The notes under the pieces are model-generated. The model ran no database searches, was not told where the DNA came from, and saw nothing but the letters and a program-made list of their open reading frames with translations. A stretch of 41,870 nt of DNA from Oscillospiraceae bacterium (GTDB lineage Bacteria; Bacillota; Clostridia; Oscillospirales; CAG-272), in the NCBI GenBank assembly GCA_015064925.1, contig SVRH01000002.1, positions 1-41,870 of the forward strand, in the 5' to 3' direction. The stretch's first letter is position 1; every line of letters begins with the position of its first letter. Positions 34,887 through 41,045 of this stretch are shown here, in pieces. The translations under genes and the position numbers were made by a program.

Positions 34887-36770
34887 TCAACCCTGCACGA
34901 ACATCTGCCACTCAGAGAACTGAACCACGTCCAGCCCCACGCCATCCTTGCCGTTGTTGGAAAGGACCGCCAGTTTATAGTAGCCGTATGCGGTGGTGTT
35001 TTCAAATTCGTAGGTGTACAGCATATTTCTGGCGGGCATATCCTCGTCGGTACGCTTATCCAGCTCTACCCAGTTTTCGCCGTCGGTGGAGCCGTAGAGG
35101 ATCCAGTCCTTAGGGTCTCTGGGATCGTGGTCGTTGGCAGAACCGATCTTGTACATATTGACAGCTGCAGCCTCTTCCAGCTGTACGGAAACCCACAGAG
35201 AGGTCACGTGTGCAACGCATGCCTTGGTGCCGAGATCGCCGTCGAACAGCTTGGCAAGACCTTCGCCGCCCTCAACGGCAGCGTCGCCTGCCACGGTTGC
35301 GGTATTCACGGCAACCTTGTTTTCCTTGGGTGCTTCTGCGCTGGAAACGAACAGCTGCCATTCGGAGAACTGAACCACGTCCATCCCCACGCCGTCCTTG
35401 CCGTTGTTGGAGGTAACAGCCAGCTTGTAGTAGCCGTATGCGGTGGTGTTTTCGAAGTTATAGGTGTACAGCGTGTTTCTTGCGGGCAGATCTTCGTTGG
35501 TGCGCTTGTCCAGCTCTACCCAGTTTTCGCCGTCGGTGGAGCCGTAGAGGATCCAGTCCTTAGGGTCTCTGGGATCGTGGTCGTTGGCAGAACCGATCTT
35601 ATAAGTATTGACCGCAGTGGGCTTCTTCAGCTGAACGGAAACCCACAGAGAGGTCACGTTGACGATGCAAGCCTTGGAGCCGAGCTCGTTGTCAAACAGC
35701 TTGCCAACGCCCTGGCTACCGTCCACAGCCGCGTCGCTCTGAATGGTGGATGCGTCCACTTCAACCTGTGTTTCCACGATGTCGGAGGGAACGTCCAGCG
35801 CAAACAGCTGCAGCTCCTGGAGCTGGAGAATGTCATTGTCCCAAGGGTCGATGCCGAAGTTTGCATCGATTACCAGCTTGTAGAACTGATATGCGGTAGC
35901 GTTGTCAAGGGTGTAAACATAAGTGCCGTTTCTTTCAGCAAAGGGAGCTTCGTTGCTCTGAGTATCCAGAACTGCCCATTCGTTGCCGTCAGCGGAACCA
36001 TACAGAGTCCAGCTCTTGGGGTCACGTACAGGCTGGTCTTCGCCGCTGATCATAACGTATTCAACAAGGGTTTCAGCCTGATCCAGTTCCCAAGCGATTT
36101 CCAGAGGTCTGGTGTCGAATTCGCACATCTTTTCGCTGAGGCTGTTATCGAAGATCTTTGCAATCTTGGAAAGGTCACCGTTGGTGGTGATCTTGTTCGC
36201 CTTTACGTATACCTGCTTGGTAGCAACAGGTTCGGGATCAACGGGAGGCTCGGGATCAACGGGAGGCTCGGGATCAACGGGGGGTTCGGGCTCAACGTAC
36301 TTTTCGGCGGTTACAACGCCGTCCTCGACGCTGACGCTCAGCTTGGCAGCCTCGCCGGTCAGGGTTTCTTCACCGTTTACTGCCACGGGGGTCACTTCAA
36401 ACACGTATTCGCCATCGGTGATGCCAACAAGGGCAAAGCCGTACAGATAATCGTGTTCCACAACGATTGCGTCACCTTGTGCTTCCTTGGTGGTGGCAAC
36501 TGCCTCTTCACCACTGAACAGGGTGTTGAACACCTTGGTGGTGCTGAAGCTCTTTTCCTTGGTCGCGTCACCGGTGACGGTCAAGGTAAAACCAATGGAG
36601 TCATACGAAAGATTGTCGGTGTAGCCGATCAGTCTCAGCGCACGTTCTCCCTCTTGCATACCTGCAAAGCCGAAATCGACGGTCGTTTCCTCTGCGGAAG
36701 CCACAAACGCAGCGGGCAGCAGGGACAGAACCATCAAAACGGCAAGTACAAGTGTAATGGATCTTCTCAT
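34887..36770 (-). CDS. secreted protein with N-terminal domain shared with 15809..17650, PEPPVD linker and three F5/8 type C (discoidin/CBM32-like) domains
   Basis: MRRSITLVLAVLMVLSLLPAAFVASA-EET is a signal peptide. Three repeats follow the pattern ..KLFDN/G.LG.K.C..........W..V.L......N.Y.I.SANDHDPRDPKDWILYGS.DGENWVELD.., typical of discoidin domains. Confidence 0.8.
   Translation of the reverse strand: MRRSITLVLAVLMVLSLLPAAFVASAEETTVDFGFAGMQEGERALRLIGYTDNLSYDSIGFTLTVTGDATKEKSFSTTKVFNTLFSGEEAVATTKEAQGDAIVVEHDYLYGFALVGITDGEYVFEVTPVAVNGEETLTGEAAKLSVSVEDGVVTAEKYVEPEPPVDPEPPVDPEPPVDPEPVATKQVYVKANKITTNGDLSKIAKIFDNSLSEKMCEFDTRPLEIAWELDQAETLVEYVMISGEDQPVRDPKSWTLYGSADGNEWAVLDTQSNEAPFAERNGTYVYTLDNATAYQFYKLVIDANFGIDPWDNDILQLQELQLFALDVPSDIVETQVEVDASTIQSDAAVDGSQGVGKLFDNELGSKACIVNVTSLWVSVQLKKPTAVNTYKIGSANDHDPRDPKDWILYGSTDGENWVELDKRTNEDLPARNTLYTYNFENTTAYGYYKLAVTSNNGKDGVGMDVVQFSEWQLFVSSAEAPKENKVAVNTATVAGDAAVEGGEGLAKLFDGDLGTKACVAHVTSLWVSVQLEEAAAVNMYKIGSANDHDPRDPKDWILYGSTDGENWVELDKRTDEDMPARNMLYTYEFENTTAYGYYKLAVLSNNGKDGVGLDVVQFSEWQMFVQG
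34901..35800. repeat. tandem duplication, 2 x about 450 bp (second and third discoidin domains)
   Basis: 34901.. aligns with 35351.. at offset 450. 35061-35150 is identical to 35511-35600 (90 bp). The flanks are more diverged. Confidence 0.85.
36228..36299. repeat. 4 x 18-bp tandem repeat encoding the (PEPPVD)n linker
   Basis: aggYtcgggatcaacggg three times, plus one degenerate copy. Confidence 0.85.
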
Positions 36771-36812
36771 ATCGATCTCTCCTTAATATAAGATTTAGCA
36801 TTTGCTATCTTT

Positions 36813-36841
36813 ATACTAACACGATTTTTCCTATTTGTAAA
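36813..36841 (-). promoter_or_regulatory. possible sigma-A promoter of the F5/8-protein unit
   Basis: Minus strand reads TTTACA (36836-36841), a 17-nt spacer, then TGT-TAGTAT (-10 at 36813-36818). Confidence 0.4.
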
Positions 36842-36902
36842 GTCCTTTTACCATTTATTTTTCAAAGGTGCCCCTTTTGGGGTGTAGAAAATCTCCCCCT
36901 TT

Positions 36903-36923
36903 TTTTGTGCAGTCTGCACAAAA
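36903..36923. promoter_or_regulatory. perfect 10-bp-arm palindrome between divergent promoters
   Basis: TTTTGTGCAG-T-CTGCACAAAA. The 1-nt centre makes it a poor RNA hairpin, which suggests a dimeric protein-binding site. Confidence 0.35.
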
Positions 36924-36934
36924 CGGAAATTTCT

Positions 36935-36965
36935 GCGTATAAATCCACCCTCTGCGGAGAAACTA
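36935..36965 (+). promoter_or_regulatory. possible forespore sigma-F-type promoter
   Basis: GCGTATA (36935-36941), a 14-nt spacer, then GGAGAAACTA (36956-36965). Compared with the remembered sigma-F consensus GYATA-N15-GGnnAnAHTR. Sits about 30 nt before the ATG at 36997. Confidence 0.25.
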
Positions 36966-36996
36966 GGCATAGAAATTTGGGAAAGAAGGTATTTCT

Positions 36997-37751
36997 ATGA
37001 ATTATCACGCCAAGCGCAAGCTCGCAAGAAGCTCCATGTACATTGTACTGGCGCTCTCCATCTGTACCGTCATGTGTCTGACGATCGTTGCATTCGTCGG
37101 CGCACAGCGCCCAAGGACCGCACCGATCCCGCCCATCCCGACGTTCTGACCCCCGAAGACAGCAGCCCCTCCGACGGCAGCAGCGTCACTCCGCCCGAAG
37201 AGGAAAACAACAAAGCGCCGGACAAGCCCGAGGACAATAAGACCGATCTGCCCTCCGACGGCAGCGACACCCCCGATAAGCCCACCGGCTCCGAGGGTGG
37301 CGTCGACTACGTCCTGCCCGCCGACGGCTACGTGCTCAAGGGCTTCAGCGTGGATCTCCCGGTCTGGTCGATGACCATGGAGGACTACCGCGCCCACACC
37401 GGCATTGACGTCAGCGCCGCCTGCGGCTCAGCGGTGTACGCCATGACGGGCGGCATCATCACCGACATCAGCGAGGATCCTCTCATGGGTGTTTCCATGA
37501 CCGTCATTCAGGACGACGGCAACACCGCTCTGTATCAGAATTTAAGCGCCGAGCTGCCAAGCGGCATTGAAGAGGGCACGACTGTGACAGCAGGACAGGT
37601 CATTGCTTCGGTGGGGGATACTGCCATGATCGAGCAGTGTGAGACCGATCACCTGCATCTGGAGATCTTCACTGCCACAGGCGAGCGCGTGAACCCCGAA
37701 AGCCTTTTGGACTTTTCAAAGGTTCCCCAAACCGACAGCGGCAACGAGTAA
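36997..37751 (+). pseudogene. membrane-anchored M23/LytM peptidase (SpoIIQ-like architecture) interrupted by a frameshift
   Basis: Frame 1, 36997..37149, encodes MNYHAKRKLARSSMYIVLALSICTVMCLTIVAFVGAQRPRTAPIPPIPTF* (RBS GAAAGAAGG; a TM anchor). Frame 0 (track ORF 37074..37751) carries a Pro/Asp/Ser linker plus a LytM domain (HTGIDV, DHLHLEI). The two frames overlap at 37074-37149. Confidence 0.65.
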
Positions 37752-37753
37752 GC

Positions 37754-37781
37754 AAAAAAGGGAGATCGCCTCTCCCTTTTT
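37754..37781. terminator. bidirectional terminator
   Basis: AAAAAGGGAGA-tcgcc-TCTCCCTTTTT between convergent genes. Confidence 0.8.
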
Positions 37782-37784
37782 CAT

Positions 37785-38366
37785 TTACATATATTGTATA
37801 GGTACACATTCGCTTGTCTTTTCGTCGGCATACAGAAACGCCGCGTCCGAAAGCAGCTGCTCCAGAATATCCTGCGCTGTGATCGGCGTCACCAGTCCCT
37901 CTGTGAACAACACCCAAATGCGCTCCGCCATGGCGTATGAGGTGGCAATATCGTATAGGAAGCACTCCTCCCGTTCTCCTGCGCACCAAAGCGCGATCCA
38001 AAGGCAGTAGACCGTACGTCCCTGCTCCCAAGCGGCGCTCATCCGATAGCGCAGAGTCGAATCTTCCTCGGGAAGATATACCGTTTGTTCGCGGTGCAAG
38101 ATGCCATCCAGTTTCATTTTGTTCACTCCGTTTCTGTCACTCCCCGTTGCCAAGTGCTGTTCTAGGATAGCACTGTGCATCCTCTTTGTAAAGCCACCTC
38201 CGCAGATGCCCATCGACAAACGCGCCTTAGGTTCTCCCCATTTATTCCTATTATAAGAAGTTTTTTCTAAAAATGCTGTCGCATCCTGCGATCTTGCCAA
38301 AAATGCATCCTTTTTTTCGCTATCCGCCGCGAAATTTGTCGAATCAGGCTTTTTCTGCATAATCAT
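37785..38366 (-). CDS. hypothetical protein (start ambiguous: 38366 or internal ATG at 38117)
   Basis: 193-aa ORF with AGGAGA 7 nt upstream of 38366. An internal ATG (38115-38117, MKLDGILHREQ..) also has GGAGTG 7 nt upstream. Codon usage looks host-like only downstream of it. I cannot name a family with confidence. Confidence 0.5.
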   Translation of the reverse strand: MIMQKKPDSTNFAADSEKKDAFLARSQDATAFLEKTSYNRNKWGEPKARLSMGICGGGFTKRMHSAILEQHLATGSDRNGVNKMKLDGILHREQTVYLPEEDSTLRYRMSAAWEQGRTVYCLWIALWCAGEREECFLYDIATSYAMAERIWVLFTEGLVTPITAQDILEQLLSDAAFLYADEKTSECVPIQYM

Positions 38367-38462
38367 CCGTCAATCTCCTATTTACTTTCACTCTGCGACG
38401 TGCTATCCTACCCGTGGAAAGCCAAGGCGCTCGCGCTTGTGCGAGGGCGGAAGGGAGAAACC

Positions 38463-38696
38463 ATGAATACATTTGCAAGCTATGCGTATGCAGCCGCAAG
38501 GCTGCTGCTGAGATCGATCACCGTGCTGATCCTCTGTATCCTTTTGTACACCTGTCTTTACATATATCTGAACGCCCCCGACGGCGGCGCCATGCGCGAC
38601 TTCAAGCAAACGGTAGCCCAGCTGCTCGGACACGCCATCGCCTGCCTTTCGCTCACGTTTCTTGCCGCTGCCATTCCCGAGGTCAGGGTAATCTGA
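38463..38696 (+). CDS. small two-TM membrane protein, hypothetical
   Basis: ORF 38400..38696 trimmed to MNTFASYAYAAARLLLRSITVLILCILLYTCLYIY...AIACLSLTFLAAAIPEV (GGGAGA RBS). Confidence 0.45.
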   Translation: MNTFASYAYAAARLLLRSITVLILCILLYTCLYIYLNAPDGGAMRDFKQTVAQLLGHAIACLSLTFLAAAIPEVRVI

Positions 38697-38796
38697 AAAA
38701 TTATGAATTTTTTATAAATTTTCCTCCTCCCTCTTTTTTTCCGTGAAAAACTGTGCTATACTGAGAATATAGAAGTACAGTACAGGAGGATCTCCC

Positions 38797-39879
38797 ATGC
38801 TTGAAGAAAAATCCGCCAAGATCTCGGGAATGCGCCGCAGATTTCTATGGCTTTACATCATCGCAGGACTTTCCTGCATTTTGACAGCGACCGTCGTTTC
38901 GCTGGCGTTCGTTTCCGCCTTTGATGCCCCGTCCGGATCCGGCAAGGAGCCCTCGGGCAGCACCGACAAGGTTCCCTCGGACGATGAAGCGCCCGATGAC
39001 GGGCAGATCCCCGGCGGCAACCAAACCCCCGGCGGCAACCAGACCCCCGGCGGCAACCAGACCCCCGGTGGCGATCAGACTCCCGGTGGCAACACCGAAA
39101 ACGATCCCCCCGTTGTGATCCCCGACAACGCTTCGGTGCAGTGGGTCCCGATCCCCGGGCTGCACAGCGGCTCACTGGTGCTGGTCAACAAGGATCACAC
39201 CTGCCTGCCCTCCAATCATCTGACACAGACGGGCGCACTGCAGATCGTGGGTGCCAGAGAAAACCGTACCTCCCCCACCAAAAATCTTCAGGTGCTGGAC
39301 AACAGCGTGATGCTCTCCTACGGCTTTGTGGACGCGCTTTGTAAAATGGCAGACGATCTGATGGCAAGCGGCATCACCACCCGCAATCTGATGCTCTATC
39401 AGGGCTTCGTGCGCGACACCGATCCCAGCTCCGACGAAAAGCAGACCGGTCTTTCCGCCATCTTGCGTATGATCAAGGACGGAAACAGCTACCAGCTGGA
39501 CGGAAGCGATTCGGAATCTATGGCGGTCAACGCATGGATCCTCGAAAACTGTCACAAGTACGGCATCATTCAGCGTTACCCTGCCACCAAGGTGGCATCT
39601 ACGGGCGTGTCGGCATCCAGCCGTCAGTTCCGCTACGTGGGCGCCGTACACGCGACCTACATGAAGCTGATGAACTACTGCCTTGAGGAATACATCGAAG
39701 AGGTCAAAAAGTACAACTTCAACACCCGCCTTGACATCACCGTGAACGAAACAGAATACTCTCTGTACTACGTCAAGGAAAGCGATGCCAAGCAAAAGGG
39801 CATTCCCGTGCCAAAGGACGTGGCATACGAGATCTCAGGCGATAACGTGGGCGGCTACATTGTGCTGGTACAAAAATAA
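38797..39879 (+). CDS. membrane-anchored VanY/M15B-like D-Ala-D-Ala carboxypeptidase homolog with degenerate metal-ligand motifs
   Basis: AGGAGGA RBS. The TM is FLWLYIIAGLSCILTATVVSLAFV, followed by a (GGNQTP)n linker. SLVLVNKDH.LP and HKYGIIQRYP....TG......FRYVG match the VanY pattern. The expected SxHQTGxAxD and WH-RYVG ligand positions read DEKQTGLSAIL and RQFRYVG. Confidence 0.7.
   Translation: MLEEKSAKISGMRRRFLWLYIIAGLSCILTATVVSLAFVSAFDAPSGSGKEPSGSTDKVPSDDEAPDDGQIPGGNQTPGGNQTPGGNQTPGGDQTPGGNTENDPPVVIPDNASVQWVPIPGLHSGSLVLVNKDHTCLPSNHLTQTGALQIVGARENRTSPTKNLQVLDNSVMLSYGFVDALCKMADDLMASGITTRNLMLYQGFVRDTDPSSDEKQTGLSAILRMIKDGNSYQLDGSDSESMAVNAWILENCHKYGIIQRYPATKVASTGVSASSRQFRYVGAVHATYMKLMNYCLEEYIEEVKKYNFNTRLDITVNETEYSLYYVKESDAKQKGIPVPKDVAYEISGDNVGGYIVLVQK
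39010..39096. repeat. about 4.8 x 18-bp tandem repeat encoding (PGGNQT)n
   Basis: cccggcggcaaccaRacc three times, then cccggtggcgatcagact, then a partial copy. Confidence 0.85.
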
Positions 39880-39884
39880 CATCA

Positions 39885-39914
39885 AAAGGAGAACCGATTG
39901 GTTCTCCTTTTTTT
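39885..39914 (+). terminator. rho-independent terminator of the VanY-like gene
   Basis: AAAGGAGAACC-gatt-GGTTCTCCTTTTTTT. Confidence 0.85.
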
Positions 39915-40128
39915 GTGCAATGCCCCCGCCGTTTCAATATAGGTTAACCAAACTGAGCAGAGCACCGCGTAGCCGAACCGCGAAGCGGCGCCGAGTATCA
40001 CAAGGACAAAGTCTCGGTAGACTGCACGCGGGGTGGCAGCAGCGGTGACTAATGAGGAAAGCGGCGGAGCACCCCGCCCTACGAATTGAATGAACCGCAG
40101 ACTTTTCGCCTGCGAAAAGTCTTCCGCA

Positions 40129-40170
40129 ATTCTGCATTCTTCATTCTTCATTCTTCATTCTTCATTCTCT
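40129..40170. repeat. heptanucleotide tandem repeat (ATTCTTC)4 flanked by two variant units
   Basis: attctgc, then attcttc four times, then attctct. The unit length is not a multiple of 3. Confidence 0.9.
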
Positions 40171-40281
40171 ATCCCCCCCATGCACCCATACCGTAAAGCT
40201 GCACAAAGAAGAGTACAAAAGTTTGTTGAATCTGCCGAGTTGCCCGCATTGATAAAGCGGCACTCTCAACCTGCCGCGGGC

Positions 40282-40331
40282 AAAGAAAAGCGGCGCATCC
40301 GCTTTATCTCGGATGCGCCGTTTCTTTTTTT
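40282..40331. terminator. bidirectional terminator downstream of rsmG
   Basis: 11-bp stem CGGCGCATCCG-ctttatct-CGGATGCGCCG (40291-40320). Followed by TTTCTTTTTTT on the plus strand and GCTTTTCTTTG on the minus strand. Confidence 0.8.
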
Positions 40332-40333
40332 GT

Positions 40334-41038
40334 TTACAGCGGTTTCTTCATGATCTTGCCGTTGGGTCTCGGATACTGCACGGGTGTGGCAGACACCTTA
40401 GGGATCACCACAAGGCTGCGCCCCATGTCCGCAAGGGCATACTGCGAAAGGGTAGGTCTTCCGCCGCCGAGGATGGCAATGCCCTTCCTTGCTGCCGCCA
40501 GCTCCTCGTCTCCCGCACTGCCCTTCAGCGCGATCATCACGCCGCCCACCTTCAAAAATGGCAGGCACCACTCCGAAAGCACGTTCAGTGCCGCCACCGC
40601 ACGGGCGGTCACCACGTCGAAGCTTTCCCGCAGGGAGGTGTGAGACAGCGATTCCGCACGTCCCGTCAACGTGGAAATGGAAAGCGACATTTCCTTTGCC
40701 GTGTTTTCCACGAACACCAGCTTTTTGGCGGTACTGTCAAGGCCCGTGATCTGAAGATCGGGGCGGACGATGGCAAGAGGGATCGACGGGAAGCCCCCAC
40801 CGCAGCCCACGTCCAGCACCCTTGCCCCATGCGGGAAGGCGTCCGCTGCCATCAGGCAGTCGGCGTAGTGCCGCAGAATGATCTGCTCGGGGTCGGTGAT
40901 GGCAGTCAAATTCACCTGGCTGTTAAAATCCGTCAGCCTTTGGGTCAGCTCCTCGAAACGCTCTGCCAGCTCATCGGTGGCAAACCGTTCCAGACCGTTT
41001 TCCTTTAATATACGAAAATAACTCTCTTTAAAGCTCAT
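40334..41038 (-). CDS. rsmG: 16S rRNA (guanine527-N7)-methyltransferase
   Basis: ..VNLTAITDPEQIILRHYADCL.., VLDVGCGGGFPSIPLAI (SAM motif). I prefer the ATG at 41036-41038 (MSFKESYF.., 7 nt after the mnmG stop) over the track start at 41059. Confidence 0.9.
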   Translation of the reverse strand: MSFKESYFRILKENGLERFATDELAERFEELTQRLTDFNSQVNLTAITDPEQIILRHYADCLMAADAFPHGARVLDVGCGGGFPSIPLAIVRPDLQITGLDSTAKKLVFVENTAKEMSLSISTLTGRAESLSHTSLRESFDVVTARAVAALNVLSEWCLPFLKVGGVMIALKGSAGDEELAAARKGIAILGGGRPTLSQYALADMGRSLVVIPKVSATPVQYPRPNGKIMKKPL

Positions 41039-41045
41039 GATATCC

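Noticed and set aside
36865-36885. GGTGCCCCTTTTGGGGTG as a possible terminator between the discoidin-protein promoter and the palindrome.
   Set aside because: It has only 4 G-C pairs plus wobble pairs, and no U-tract in a useful orientation.
37005-37397. 130-aa minus-strand ORF opposite the M23 gene, and 37669..38031(-).
   Set aside because: It is antisense to the LytM linker region, gives a Gly/Ala/Val-rich shadow translation and has no RBS.
40052-40078. GAGGAAAGCGGCGGAGC resembles the RNase P RNA P4 motif GAGGAAAGTCCGGGC. TGCCCCCGCC at 39921-39930 resembles a cobalamin-riboswitch core.
   Set aside because: The matches are limited to a few nucleotides. The rest of the RNase P consensus (about 400 nt, with a 3' ACAGAA..CCGGCTTA-type partner) and the cobalamin GCCACTG context are absent.
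39882-40353. ORFs 39882..40151(-), 39934..40137(-) and 40090..40353(+) in the rsmG-VanY spacer.
   Set aside because: They have no SD, run through terminator hairpins of neighbouring genes, and give compositionally odd translations (Arg, Cys and Ala rich). All three frames are open simply because the segment is GC-rich. The region is kept only as context for the structured-region and heptamer findings.
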